A stretch of DNA of 64,000 bases from Thermodesulfobacteriota bacterium (GCA_040754095.1 JBFMFO010000002.1:73853-137852), one strand, 5' to 3'. Positions 20,589 through 30,603 are shown, counted from the stretch's first letter. Program-made: numbers and translations. Notes: generated from the sequence alone by a model not told the origin.

Positions 20589-20641
20589 GCACACAGAGTT
20601 TTTAAAATTTAAAATTCTTTTTCTCGGTGTTCTCTGTGGTT
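20589..20641 (+). repeat. family A-like mini hairpin (cacagag variant)
   Basis: aaccacagagcacacagag - 24 nt AT-rich loop - ctcggtgttctctgtggtt; between the PilZ-PAS gene and rtcA. Confidence 0.5.
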
Positions 20642-20659
20642 AATCTTTTGATAAAACCT

Positions 20660-21751
20660 ATGATCGAAATCGATGGCTCCTATGGAGAGGGTGGCGGGCA
20701 GATATTACGGACCGCTCTAAGTCTATCCTGTCTCCTCCAGAGGCCCTTCCGCATATATAACATCCGCGCTAGCAGAAAAAATCCCGGTCTGCGCCCGCAG
20801 CATCTGGCCGGTGTAAAGGCAGCAAAGGCGATCAGCCAGGCAGCGGTTGACGGCGCCACTATCGGTTCGACTACCCTTGCCTTTCGGCCTGTTACACTAA
20901 AAGGCGGCAAATATTTCTTTGATGTGGCCGAAGAAAGGGGAAGCGCTGGATCCGTCTCTCTGGTCTTTCAAACCATATCACTTCCATTAGCTTTTGCAGG
21001 CAAGCCTTCCGATGTGACCATAAAAGGCGGCACTCATGTGCCCTGGAGTCCACCCTTTCACTACCTGGCCGTGGTATTTATTCCCACCATAGAAGGAATG
21101 GGCATGGTGGTAGATGCCCATCTTGAACGATGGGGTTGGTATCCTATGGGCGAAGGCATCGTCCATTTTTCTATAAAGTCCGCCAGAGGCGGGCTGAAAA
21201 GCATATCTAAAACCGACAAGCTGCGACCGGAAGAGGTGACCGCAATATCAGCAGCTTCCAATCTTCCGGAACACATCGTAACCCGGCAGAAGAGACAATT
21301 GTTAAATAGAATTTTTGAAGATGCGCCACGGCGTGCCACGGAGGGGACAACAATATCCTGTGAAGAGATTACGGCGCCTTCCATTGGTCAGGGAACTTTT
21401 GTATTCTTAAGGGTTCGGGGAGGCAACTCCTTTGCCGGTTTTTCGGCCCTAGGAACCAGAGGGAAGCGGGCGGAAGAAGTAGCCGATGAGACTGCCGATT
21501 TATTCCTCTCCTTTCTGGATAGTCAGGCGGCTGTAGATAGACACCTGGCCGATCAGCTTATTCCCTATATGGCCCTGGCTGATGGAGAAAGCAAAATCTT
21601 TACCGCAGAAATAACCCTGCACCTCATGACCAATATCTGGGTTGTTGAACATTTTACCCAGGCCAGGTTCCATATAGAGGGCACACTTGGCGCTCCCGGC
21701 ACCGTAACATGCCTTCCAGACAAGAAGCTGAAAGCTGATGCTAAAAGCTGA
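20660..21751 (+). CDS. rtcA: RNA 3'-terminal phosphate cyclase
   Basis: MIEIDGSYGEGGGQILRTALSLS RtcA signature; the last ~10 codons are encoded by a GCTGA-rich repeat. Confidence 0.85.
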   Translation: MIEIDGSYGEGGGQILRTALSLSCLLQRPFRIYNIRASRKNPGLRPQHLAGVKAAKAISQAAVDGATIGSTTLAFRPVTLKGGKYFFDVAEERGSAGSVSLVFQTISLPLAFAGKPSDVTIKGGTHVPWSPPFHYLAVVFIPTIEGMGMVVDAHLERWGWYPMGEGIVHFSIKSARGGLKSISKTDKLRPEEVTAISAASNLPEHIVTRQKRQLLNRIFEDAPRRATEGTTISCEEITAPSIGQGTFVFLRVRGGNSFAGFSALGTRGKRAEEVADETADLFLSFLDSQAAVDRHLADQLIPYMALADGESKIFTAEITLHLMTNIWVVEHFTQARFHIEGTLGAPGTVTCLPDKKLKADAKS

Positions 21752-21755
21752 AAGC

Positions 21756-24026
21756 TTATTTTATGCTCCCCAAGGCCTTTTCCGCCTCTCTGGCCTCCGG
21801 GAAGGCACGACTTATACCAAGGGCCTTGGTCAACTCTGCCTTGGCTTTAGCTTTATTTCCTTTCTTAAGGTAAGCCATGCCTAAGTGATAATGAATGCTG
21901 GGATGATTAGGAATCTTCTTAATGGCATCTTCAAACTCTTTTATAGCCCTCTCAACAATATTTTTCTTATAGTATATCCATCCCAGAGTATCAGCGATGC
22001 CCGGGTCTTCAGGGTTCTGTTCCTTGGCCATTTGGGCCAGGGTAAGGGCTTCGTCTATGTTTCCGCCATGTTCCGCCAGATTACAGGCCAGGTTATTTGC
22101 CGCCGGTGCAAATTTCGGATTGATTTTTAAGATTTCCCGATATTCTTTCTGGGCGGCGTCATATTTACCCCGGGAATCATATAAGACCCCCAGACTCATA
22201 CGGGCGGTTATAGCCTTTGGATTCCTTTTTATGGCCTCCTGAAACTCTGCCATGGCCTTATCCGTGCGTTTTGTGGCTGCATACAGCCTCCCCAGGGCCA
22301 TATACGGAGAGACAAAGTCAGGACTGATACTGATTGCTTTCTTGTAGTTTACTTCCGCAAGATCAACCTTCTGATCCGCCAAGTGGAGATTGCCGAGCAG
22401 GTTATAGATAAAAGGATTGTTGGGGGAACGTTTAAGCTGTTCCTCCGCTCGTGTTATGGCCTTTTTCAGATCTCTCCCCGCCACGTGAATAGAAACCACC
22501 TGGCTCAAGGCATCAATAAGATGGGGGTTTAACTTTAAGGCGTCTTCAAACTCACTTAACGCCGAATTATTCTGGCCTATCACACGGTAAGCTATGCCCA
22601 GACGATAATAACCTGCCGGTGACCTGGGAGCTATTTTCTTGGCCTCCTGATATTCCTTTTGCGCCTCCTTGACCTTCTTTTGCCCCATATAACTGTCTCC
22701 CAGGAGGAGCCTGGCCTGGAAATTTCCCGGCTGAATCTTGATCGCTTCCTGCAATTCCCTTTGTGCTGCATCAACAGCCCGTTCTCCCAAATAGACCTCG
22801 GCCAGCAGCAATCTTGCCTTTGTAAGGCCCGGCGCCTGCTTAACGACCTCAACCAGGCTGTTTTTAGCGAGCTGGGTTTCACCTTTCCCGATATGGGCCA
22901 GGGCCTTATAATAGCGGACGTCCTGAAGACGCGGCTCTTCTTTAAGAATCCCATCAAATTCGGTCAGGGCATTGGTAAAATCTCTCTTATTGAGATAAAT
23001 CCGACCCTTAAGTATCCGGGCCGGGATGTTCTTTTCGTTTTCGTCAAGAATATCTTCCAGTTCTTTTTCGGCCTCTTTTATCTTTCCAAAGTCATAATAG
23101 AGCGTGGCTATGGCATTTTTGATATTCAAATCATCAGATTTAGCCTCCGAAGCCTTCTTAAACCCGGCAAGGGCAGGTTCAAATTTATTCTGTAAGGCAT
23201 AATATCGTCCCAGGACCATAAAAGGTTTCGGGTCCTTGGGATCGAGCTGTGTGGCCTTTTTAAAGGTACCCTCAGCCTCTGTCGGCCTGCGTGTTGCCAT
23301 ATAGAAATTGCCCAGTATAATGTAATAGTCTGCTTTCTTGGGGTTTAAGGAGATAATCTTCTTCAATTCGGCCTCTGCCTGGTCAATTCGTCCGGTACGG
23401 GCATAAAAGTCAGCCAGTGTGAGCCGGGGGGCAGGCGCTTTCTCGTCTGCCGCCATTGCCTTTTTAAGGTATTCCTCCGCGAGGTCTAATTTCTTCTGCC
23501 CTGCATAAATCCTGGCCAGTAATATGTAGGCCGGAGACTGTTTAGGATCGAGCGCAATAACTCTATTCAGGGTGGCAATAGTTTCGTCGGGTTTACCTTC
23601 TGCCAATAGAATGTTGCCTGACAGATAGAGGGCATCAATATTGTCAGGCTCCTTTTTTAAGACTAAGGCGGCCTTTTCTTTTGCCTCCGGCAGCTTTCGG
23701 CCTAACATGTATAGATTTCCAAGTTTAATCTGGGCATCGTATAGCTCAGGATTAAGTTCCACCGTTCGGCTTAGTTCTCCAAATGCACCCCTTAGATTCC
23801 CCTTTTTGAGATAAACAAGGCCTAATTGATGGTGCCCATCTACATATTTGGGATCGATCTGGAGGGCATTCTTGAACTCAATAATGGCCTCATCCAGCTT
23901 ATTTTCCTTAACCAATTCCATGCCCTTTTTATAATGTTTAGCCTTCTTTTCCTCAGGAGTGCTGCAGCCGACACATATCAGCATTATTACTGCAACCAGG
24001 GAAAACCAAAACCTTTCTGTCCTCAT
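21756..24026 (-). CDS. TPR-repeat lipoprotein
   Basis: Lipoprotein signal (LICVGCS), then about 20 tandem TPR units (repeated Y/A/G/L pattern); 756 aa. Confidence 0.8.
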   Translation of the reverse strand: MRTERFWFSLVAVIMLICVGCSTPEEKKAKHYKKGMELVKENKLDEAIIEFKNALQIDPKYVDGHHQLGLVYLKKGNLRGAFGELSRTVELNPELYDAQIKLGNLYMLGRKLPEAKEKAALVLKKEPDNIDALYLSGNILLAEGKPDETIATLNRVIALDPKQSPAYILLARIYAGQKKLDLAEEYLKKAMAADEKAPAPRLTLADFYARTGRIDQAEAELKKIISLNPKKADYYIILGNFYMATRRPTEAEGTFKKATQLDPKDPKPFMVLGRYYALQNKFEPALAGFKKASEAKSDDLNIKNAIATLYYDFGKIKEAEKELEDILDENEKNIPARILKGRIYLNKRDFTNALTEFDGILKEEPRLQDVRYYKALAHIGKGETQLAKNSLVEVVKQAPGLTKARLLLAEVYLGERAVDAAQRELQEAIKIQPGNFQARLLLGDSYMGQKKVKEAQKEYQEAKKIAPRSPAGYYRLGIAYRVIGQNNSALSEFEDALKLNPHLIDALSQVVSIHVAGRDLKKAITRAEEQLKRSPNNPFIYNLLGNLHLADQKVDLAEVNYKKAISISPDFVSPYMALGRLYAATKRTDKAMAEFQEAIKRNPKAITARMSLGVLYDSRGKYDAAQKEYREILKINPKFAPAANNLACNLAEHGGNIDEALTLAQMAKEQNPEDPGIADTLGWIYYKKNIVERAIKEFEDAIKKIPNHPSIHYHLGMAYLKKGNKAKAKAELTKALGISRAFPEAREAEKALGSIK

Positions 24027-24046
24027 CTGATTCTCCTTTTTATATC

Positions 24047-24138
24047 TTACCTCGGAGCACGCCTGTCTGCGTACGACGCACAGGCAGGCCGAGATTGGCG
24101 TGGTGGCGGGTTGCGGCCTATGTGAGCTTTGCGGTGAA
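24047..24138 (+). repeat. family A-related element (ggagcacgc...gctttgcggtgaa)
   Basis: Shares ggagcacgc and a ctttgcggtgaa terminus with 27533-27610; contains the hairpin gcctgtctgcg/cgcacaggcagg. Confidence 0.45.
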
Positions 24139-24146
24139 TATTAGAG

Positions 24147-24887
24147 TTATTCCAGCCTACGCTGCCGCACTATCTCAAAGAGAATAACGGCTCCGGCCAC
24201 CGCGGCATTAAGGGAAGAAACCTTCCCTACCATGGGGATAGAAACCATTAGATCGCAATGCCTTCTGACCAATGGACGAATGCCTTTGGCCTCGCTGCCG
24301 ATAACCATGGCGACATTAGTTTTAAAATCTGTCTCATAAATCGTCTTATCGGATTCAGCGGCCGTACCGATAATCCAATATCCGGCCTCTTTTAATCTCT
24401 CAAGTGCCCTTACAATATTTGTAACCCTGGCCACAGGCACATAAGTGAGCGCGCCGGCCGCCACTTTTTCTACTGTCCCGGTGACCTGTGCAGACCGGTC
24501 CTTAGGAATTACAATAGCTTGAACCCCGGCAGCGTATCCGCTTCTTATTAATGAGCCAAGGTTCTGTGGGTCAACTATCCCGTCCAAAACCAATATCAGA
24601 CCGTATGCCTTAGTAGCAACATAACTTAATATATTTTCTAGGGTTTCGTAACTAATCTCTTGAATGTATGCTACTATGCCCTGATGATGGCTATGGCCGA
24701 CAATATGTACCAGGACCTCTTCCCTCTCAAACTGTACGCTAACTGACTGCGAACGGGCCAGATCTATGATGGCCTGCCTGGCTTTTCCCTGACCTCCGTA
24801 CTTAACCAGGATTTTTTGGACTAATTCCGGATTGTTTTTGAGCTTTTCTTGGACCGGGTGTATTCCCCATATCAGATCAGGCATCAT
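24147..24887 (-). CDS. rlmB: 23S rRNA (guanosine-2'-O)-methyltransferase RlmB / TrmH-family SpoU methyltransferase
   Basis: SpoU_sub_bind N-domain plus SPOUT methyltransferase C-domain (GSEAKGI, NAAVAGAV). Confidence 0.8.
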   Translation of the reverse strand: MMPDLIWGIHPVQEKLKNNPELVQKILVKYGGQGKARQAIIDLARSQSVSVQFEREEVLVHIVGHSHHQGIVAYIQEISYETLENILSYVATKAYGLILVLDGIVDPQNLGSLIRSGYAAGVQAIVIPKDRSAQVTGTVEKVAAGALTYVPVARVTNIVRALERLKEAGYWIIGTAAESDKTIYETDFKTNVAMVIGSEAKGIRPLVRRHCDLMVSIPMVGKVSSLNAAVAGAVILFEIVRQRRLE

Positions 24888-24908
24888 CTACCCGCTATTT
24901 GCTAAACG

Positions 24909-25520
24909 CTATACGCTGATTGGCAACCAGTTAAGTGAAGGAACGACGCGGGAGCGGCGGCAACGTTCGGCCTGGACTATAGCTGTAAAACTACGAACTG
25001 CCTCGTCCAGGTCATCATTTATGATAACGTAATCATATTCCCGAACAGCCCTTACCTCGTTGCGGGCATTGGCCATGCGCAGTTTTAAGGCCTCTTCGTC
25101 ATCGCTTTGTCTTTTTCTGAGCCGTTCCTCCAGAACCTCCCATGAGGGAGGCAAAATAAATATGAGTATGGCCTCAGATAGTTGATCCCGCACCTGCCTT
25201 GCGCCCTGGACATCTATGTCCAGCAGGATGTCTTTCCCTGATCCCAGACAGTCATTTATCTGTCTTTTAGCCGTGCCATAGTAGTTGTTATGTACAAGGG
25301 CCCACTCCAGAAAATCTTTGCGTTCCCTCATGCGAAGAAATTCATCTTCGGAGACAAAGAAATAATCAGCCCCGTCCTTTTCGCCGTAACGCGGTGGACG
25401 TGTGGTGTGTGAGATGGAATAGGCCAGATCCGGGATAGATTCCAGGACCCGATGGCATACCGTGGTCTTTCCGGCCCCGGAAGGCGCGGAAATTACGAAC
25501 AAGCTACCTTTTCCCGGCAC
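24909..25520 (-). CDS. gmk: guanylate kinase
   Basis: P-loop GPSGAGKTT and SISHTTRPPR guanylate kinase signature. Confidence 0.9.
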   Translation of the reverse strand: MPGKGSLFVISAPSGAGKTTVCHRVLESIPDLAYSISHTTRPPRYGEKDGADYFFVSEDEFLRMRERKDFLEWALVHNNYYGTAKRQINDCLGSGKDILLDIDVQGARQVRDQLSEAILIFILPPSWEVLEERLRKRQSDDEEALKLRMANARNEVRAVREYDYVIINDDLDEAVRSFTAIVQAERCRRSRVVPSLNWLPISV

Positions 25521-25804
25521 TATTTTTCTTTCACCTCTTCTTCCCTGAAGATATCGCTCGTAAAACGCTGGGCAATAGTCTCGGCCTGGATTGCGGAGAG
25601 GATGATATGGTTGCTGTCCGTAACGATAATAGAACGCGTCCTCCTCCCCTGAGTAGCATCGATCAGCATCTTACTTTCTTTGGCCTCTTCTTTTAACCTC
25701 TTCATCGGCGCTGAACTTGGATTGACAATGGCGATTATCCTGTCCATCACCACGGAATTGCCAAAACCTATGTTAAGCAATCTTGAATCCATGGTCTTAC
25801 TCAC
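25520..25804 (-). CDS. remA: DUF370 / RemA-like DNA-binding protein
   Basis: NIGFGN...SAPMKRL...[13 protein letters not shown] motif set matching RemA/YlzA; conserved yicC-remA-gmk synteny. Confidence 0.75.
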   Translation of the reverse strand: MSKTMDSRLLNIGFGNSVVMDRIIAIVNPSSAPMKRLKEEAKESKMLIDATQGRRTRSIIVTDSNHIILSAIQAETIAQRFTSDIFREEEVKEK

Positions 25805-25814
25805 TTTAAGTCAC

Positions 25815-25935
25815 TCCCTTTCACCTGAAAATCCCCCTCTGTCCCCCTTTTCCAAAGGGGGAATTGATGATGCTCCCGTCTTTTCCCAAGGCGAGACTTC
25901 ACGGGATCCCCCCTTAGTAAAAGGGGGGTACGGTG
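25815..25935 (-). other. poly-C/poly-G nested hairpin element between yicC and remA (candidate ncRNA or 5' leader)
   Basis: tcccccttttccaaaggggga; atccccccttagtaaaagggggg; outer aaaatccc...gggatttt pairing. Confidence 0.25.
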
Positions 25936-26011
25936 GGATTTTAAATTTTGATTGATGCCTGTTTTTTATTTATCTCTGTGTCCTCTGTGTCTCTGTGGTG
26001 AATAAGCGCTT

Positions 26012-26890
26012 TTACTCTACATTTTGCACCTGTTCCCGCATCTTTTCCAGTTCAGACTTGATATCCACAACCTTGTGCGAAATAAACGCATCTCCAGCCT
26101 TTGAGCCTATGGTATTGGCTTCCCGGTGCATTTCCTGAATAAGAAAATCAAGTTTTCTGCCTATAGCTTCATCTGTATGCGCCAGTCCCCTGAATTGGTC
26201 GAAATGACTTCTTATGCGGACCAGCTCCTCGGTAACGTCAGAGCGGTCCGCCATAATGGCTACCTCCTGGGCAAGACGCATCGGATCAACATCTATATCC
26301 TCTAAAAGGGCCTTAATCCTCTCCTCAAGCTTGTCTCTGGATACCTTTATTGCATCAGGTACGCGATTCTGTATATCATTAACCAAAGAAGAAAGGAGGT
26401 CAAGTCGTTTTATAAGGTCTGCGTAAAGCGCCCTACCCTCCTCTATTCTCATCTTCTCCATGGAACTCATACCTTCGGCAAGGATTGGTTCTATAATCTC
26501 CCAGTCTTTTTCAATATCTATCGCTTCCTCTTTTATCAAAATAAGATCCTTAAAGGAAGTCATAAGGGATAGTTCTATCTCCCCCTTAAGGTCGAATTGC
26601 TCCTTCAGGAGGCCTAGAATCTTGTGATAGGCAGCAGCCAATCCCGTGTCCAATTCGAGGTTCTGTACCCTTGTTGCGTCGCCATTAACCTGGAGCATAA
26701 TTTCTATCCTGCCCCGGGAAAATTGTGCGGCTATCTTTTTCCTGATTCGTTCTTCGAGGGTTGTATATTTTTTGGGGAGCCGTAAACTGATATCTAAATA
26801 TCTATGGTTTACCGACTTCATTTCAATAGTCAGCAGTCCACACGGCAGTTCACCGTTGGCCCGACCAAAGGCCGTCATACTTTTAAGCAC
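26012..26890 (-). CDS. yicC: YicC/YloC family stress-induced protein
   Basis: MLKSMTAFGRA N-terminus and YicC-like N-domain/DUF1732 pattern; 292 aa. Confidence 0.85.
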   Translation of the reverse strand: MLKSMTAFGRANGELPCGLLTIEMKSVNHRYLDISLRLPKKYTTLEERIRKKIAAQFSRGRIEIMLQVNGDATRVQNLELDTGLAAAYHKILGLLKEQFDLKGEIELSLMTSFKDLILIKEEAIDIEKDWEIIEPILAEGMSSMEKMRIEEGRALYADLIKRLDLLSSLVNDIQNRVPDAIKVSRDKLEERIKALLEDIDVDPMRLAQEVAIMADRSDVTEELVRIRSHFDQFRGLAHTDEAIGRKLDFLIQEMHREANTIGSKAGDAFISHKVVDIKSELEKMREQVQNVE

Positions 26891-26902
26891 TGTTTACTCC
26901 TT

Positions 26903-26994
26903 GCTATCGGCTATCAGCGATCAGCTGTCAGCTTTATTTGACTCATGGACTTTGACTTTTGTTTTCTGATAGCTGAAAGCTGACTGCTGATAGC
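26903..26994 (+). repeat. GCTGA/TCAGC-rich hairpin repeat, family C
   Basis: gctatcagcgatcagctgtcagcttt ... ttctgatagctgaaagctgactgctgatagc; related fragments at 1926-1958, 3106-3150, 9930-9962, 10035-10075, 12637-12662, 21725-21760, 41748-41790, 53879-53912. Confidence 0.6.
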
Positions 26995-27515
26995 TATTTT
27001 AACTGAAAAAGATATTTTCGCCGGATCTGTTCCATGATCGTCCTCACCTTCTGACCAGCATAATCCGGATATGTCCAGGGCAGGGTCTGGAATCCGCCCT
27101 TACTGTAGATGAGGGTGAGATCGGCATAAATCCCCTTGTCCAGGTAAATACGATGGGTATAGTTCTTACCCGTGGCCAAAATCAACCTTTCGGCCACGAT
27201 GTACCCCGGATCAATGTTTACCCGACGTTTGCCTTCTAAAGCCCCTTTCATCTCTACGGCATTGGTCTCGTGTTTGATATCCGGGAGGAGAGAAGGGTCT
27301 ATCAGCGACTCAAAGGCGGCGAACCGCCGCACAAGAGGAGCGCCCAACTCTGTGTTATAATAATCTGTCTGATCAAAGGGCAAGACCTCGCTTATAAAGT
27401 CCACATCGCCCCAGCGATCGGCCAAGGCCGTTATAGTCTCATTAATCAAGGATTCGTTCTTAGCTATAATGCTCACCAAAAGCTTGGCTGGAGAGGAAGG
27501 TTTCGGCCTGCTCAT
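26994..27515 (-). CDS. hypothetical protein (DUF4416-like)
   Basis: 173-aa ORF between yicC and hldA with a coding-like composition; family assignment from memory only. Confidence 0.4.
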   Translation of the reverse strand: MSRPKPSSPAKLLVSIIAKNESLINETITALADRWGDVDFISEVLPFDQTDYYNTELGAPLVRRFAAFESLIDPSLLPDIKHETNAVEMKGALEGKRRVNIDPGYIVAERLILATGKNYTHRIYLDKGIYADLTLIYSKGGFQTLPWTYPDYAGQKVRTIMEQIRRKYLFQLK

Positions 27516-27532
27516 AATATTTCAGATTTTTT

Positions 27533-27610
27533 ACCGCAGAGGCCGCGGAGCACGCAGAGTTTTATCTTTATTTATATTTATCTCTGCGCCCTTTGCGCCT
27601 TTGCGGTGAA
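27533..27610 (+). repeat. family A mini-element: two TIR-like arms around an AT-rich loop
   Basis: accgcagaggccgcggagcacgcagag - ttttatctttatttatatttat - ctctgcgccctttgcgcctttgcggtgaa; ends 4 nt from the hldA stop. Confidence 0.6.
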
Positions 27611-27613
27611 TAA

Positions 27614-28603
27614 TCATAGGTCGGTAATAGCATTTATCAATTCCACCGCCCGTACAGTAGCCGTGCCTATTTTGCCTACCACGATGCCGGCGGCAAAATT
27701 AGCCAGGGTGGCTGCCTCGCGCGGGGTAAGGCCGGCGGCCAGTCCCAAGGTCATAACAGCAATCACCGTATCCCCGGCCCCGGTAACATCATAGACCTCT
27801 TTGGCTACCGTGGGGATTAAATACACCCCCTGCCCTTTTTCGATAAGCGCCATGCCGGCCTCTCCACGGGTAACAAGGGCAGCCTTGCATTGGACCAGCT
27901 TCTTCAGCTTTTCCCCGGCCCGACCCAGTGATTCGTCTGAGTCGATCCTGATGCCGGTTATGCTTTCCGCCTCAAGCTGGTTTGGGGTAAAAATAGTCAC
28001 TCCCTTGAAGAGGCGCACATCCCGCACCTTGGGATCTACGGCCCAGATAACCTTATTTTTGGACAGAAGGGCTCTTAAGCCATCCATCAATTTTGGACAG
28101 ATCACTCCCTTGGCGTAGTCTGAAATTATAACGGCAGAGGTATCGGCGAGGTTGTCGCGGACACAGTATAAGATCTTCCCGATACTCTCTTCTGATATTT
28201 TTTCCCTGTTTTCCCGGTCAAAACGTACTACCTGCTGTCCATGAGCCACGATACGTGTCTTGACCGTAGTCGGCCTTGACTCATCAACCACGATGCCCTC
28301 GGTTGTACAGCCAAGTTTCCGTAGTTCCCTGACCACGCGGCGCCCCATCTCATCCCTGCCCACGACCGCGCAAAGAGAGGCCTGCGCGCCGAGCGAGCAG
28401 ATATTGTGCACTACGTTTCCCGCCCCTCCCAGCATCCGGGACTCATCCCTTACATCAACCACCGGTATCGGCGCCTCGGGAGAGATGCGGGATACCTTGC
28501 CCCATATAAACTCGTCCATCATGACATCGCCGATGACCATGATTTTTACGGCGTGAAAACGGTTAACGGCTTCCTTCAATTTTTCTTTATCAAGGCCTGT
28601 CAT
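27614..28603 (-). CDS. hldA: D-glycero-beta-D-manno-heptose-7-phosphate kinase (HldE domain I / RfaE kinase)
   Basis: pfkB carbohydrate kinase fold with RfaE-type N-terminus (VMVIGDVMMDEF); GG and DTxGAGD motifs; 329 aa, kinase domain only. Confidence 0.8.
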   Translation of the reverse strand: MTGLDKEKLKEAVNRFHAVKIMVIGDVMMDEFIWGKVSRISPEAPIPVVDVRDESRMLGGAGNVVHNICSLGAQASLCAVVGRDEMGRRVVRELRKLGCTTEGIVVDESRPTTVKTRIVAHGQQVVRFDRENREKISEESIGKILYCVRDNLADTSAVIISDYAKGVICPKLMDGLRALLSKNKVIWAVDPKVRDVRLFKGVTIFTPNQLEAESITGIRIDSDESLGRAGEKLKKLVQCKAALVTRGEAGMALIEKGQGVYLIPTVAKEVYDVTGAGDTVIAVMTLGLAAGLTPREAATLANFAAGIVVGKIGTATVRAVELINAITDL

Positions 28604-28690
28604 ATCTCTAACCTGACTTTGAACGTTATATTAAGTCTTGACGGGTAACATACCATATATCCAGACCGGGAAGCAATAATATGTGCATGT

Positions 28691-29887
28691 TCAAATCAGC
28701 CCCATTAACCTAAATATCCGCTCGAACCTCATCTCCCAGGTATGTTCACGGCGGGCGCGCTGATACCCGCTCTTTCTTATGGCCTCAGCCTTTTCAGGAT
28801 TGGAAAGAAGGTCTTGAATCTTTGAAACAAGATCTTCAAAGTCGGTGTATATCACAACATCTGTGCCCAAATCATAGAATCGCTCTAATTCCCGGTTATA
28901 CTCGGTCAGATACAGCCCACCGCTCATAGGAATCTCAAAATCCCTGCCCTTGAGGCAGTAGGTATCCTTATGGCCCACTACTCCGCCAAAACCGAGGTTT
29001 ATTTTGCTTCTAGAATACATGCGCACCATGTCTTCCGTGGATAGCGGACCATTCGGCCAGCCGTAGCCGTAGGGTTCAACCTTAATGCCCCGCTCTCTAA
29101 GCCTTTCAATGACTTCAGGACGGTTTCCATAACACTGCCCTACAAAGGACACATCAATAGTTCTATCCACGTCGTATGGCCTGTGAATTTCAGGGTTCGC
29201 GCCTTCAGGGAGGTAAACAGGAAGGGCGCCTTCCACACAATACTTTTTCAGCGCATCCTCGGTGCTTGTCCAGCAAAGGTCAAAATAACGACAGATGTCT
29301 CTGGACCCCATGGCCTGGCCCTGTCTGATTTTTCCCACAAAATGTTCCTTGTCGTTCAGGGCGAGATTAAGCATGGGAACGCCAAAGGCCCTTGGTGCCT
29401 GCATGGTCTCCGGTGTCACCAGTTCGCCGGAAAGATAAGCGAAGATTATATCGATCTTATCTTCTTTGATCCATCGTCCCATGCGTTTGACAAGATGCCT
29501 GTTCATCTCTGCCTTTACCGAAGTATGCCAATCTTTTTGCTGATGGTTGAATTCCTCAAACCAGTCGTAATGTCGAACAGCGCCGAATTTTGCAAGAGCA
29601 GGCTTCAGGGATTCGTTCTCCCAGTTATAGTGATGATAAATAGCAAAGATGTGCAACTCACCCTTTGGTTTCGCTTTTAAATGGGGAAATTTTTGTATTA
29701 TGGTCTGCCGGATAGTTCGGTCATCAGGTATGGTGAGATGGCGTGATGCAAATATCGAATTATAATGGTCGAGTTCCCGTTCCAGCCTCTTCTTGTTCTT
29801 CCAGGCCCTGAATTGTTTTCTAAGCTTTTTTAGCGATTCACCCTTCATGACTTTTGTCTTAAGATGCTCAGGATCTACCAAACACAT
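28691..29887 (-). CDS. CgeB-like glycosyltransferase (GT1-like C-terminal domain)
   Basis: C-terminus resembles CgeB / Glyco_trans_1_2 (FEIPMSGGLYLTEY...RARREHTWEMRFE); 398 aa. Confidence 0.5.
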   Translation of the reverse strand: MCLVDPEHLKTKVMKGESLKKLRKQFRAWKNKKRLERELDHYNSIFASRHLTIPDDRTIRQTIIQKFPHLKAKPKGELHIFAIYHHYNWENESLKPALAKFGAVRHYDWFEEFNHQQKDWHTSVKAEMNRHLVKRMGRWIKEDKIDIIFAYLSGELVTPETMQAPRAFGVPMLNLALNDKEHFVGKIRQGQAMGSRDICRYFDLCWTSTEDALKKYCVEGALPVYLPEGANPEIHRPYDVDRTIDVSFVGQCYGNRPEVIERLRERGIKVEPYGYGWPNGPLSTEDMVRMYSRSKINLGFGGVVGHKDTYCLKGRDFEIPMSGGLYLTEYNRELERFYDLGTDVVIYTDFEDLVSKIQDLLSNPEKAEAIRKSGYQRARREHTWEMRFERIFRLMGLI

Positions 29888-30603
29888 GTCCGATTGGCGA
29901 ATTCACTATTTTCGTAATGATAGGACCTTGACTTACGATTGAATAAGAATGGATCAAGAGAAGAACCGATATCCAGTAAGATATTGTTAGGGTTAACTAA
30001 CCACAACTCGTATATCAATATTTCGGAAAGAGGGCCGGCGGCAAACAGGAATATGGTATTTTTATAGGTACTCCCTTTCAGATCAAGCAGGGCTTTGACG
30101 TAATCTCTGTTTTTTTCCCAAAAAACGACACAATTCCCTGGAATGGGGATAAAATCTTTAATGGGTATAAGTTCTTCTAGTTTTTTAATCTTTGCCTTAC
30201 TGTTAGTGCAAATCACGATATCCTTTTTCGACGCGATGAGCGTCTTGAAAAAATGTTCCTGAAAGAGTGGACAGTTGGCGTTTACCCAAATATTGGAGAA
30301 AGTCAGATTCTCGCGTCCTGTTCGAATCTGGGCCAGCAAGTAGTCGTGATTGACCTTATCACAGCAGGTGCAGGAGATGCCGTAGAAGAAGCCGGGGTCG
30401 CTACACAGCAGGGCTTTTCGCAGGTCAGCCCGGAAAATAAGATTCTTATCTTGCTTGTAGAGCCAGCCGTCTTTATTGCCAATGGTATTGTTCTTAAGTA
30501 CATTTGCCTCCCCGTCGGCATATCTCGAAAGGGCCATGGAGTCCGATTCCATAATCATCTTCATTAGTTCAAAAAAATCGCTTTTAAAGTCCTGCTTCAT
30601 CAT
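29875..30603 (-). CDS. putative GT-D (DUF1792-like) glycosyltransferase
   Basis: SRYADGE motif resembling the R-x-GDGE signature of DUF1792/GT-D enzymes; sits inside the glycan cluster; AT-rich. Confidence 0.35.
   Translation of the reverse strand: MMKQDFKSDFFELMKMIMESDSMALSRYADGEANVLKNNTIGNKDGWLYKQDKNLIFRADLRKALLCSDPGFFYGISCTCCDKVNHDYLLAQIRTGRENLTFSNIWVNANCPLFQEHFFKTLIASKKDIVICTNSKAKIKKLEELIPIKDFIPIPGNCVVFWEKNRDYVKALLDLKGSTYKNTIFLFAAGPLSEILIYELWLVNPNNILLDIGSSLDPFLFNRKSRSYHYENSEFANRTCVW

Noticed and set aside
28406-28648. 80-aa plus-strand ORF overlapping the 5' end of hldA
   Set aside because: It is mostly antisense to hldA and has no motifs. The short intergenic remainder (28604-28690) is more likely just the hldA promoter/leader region.
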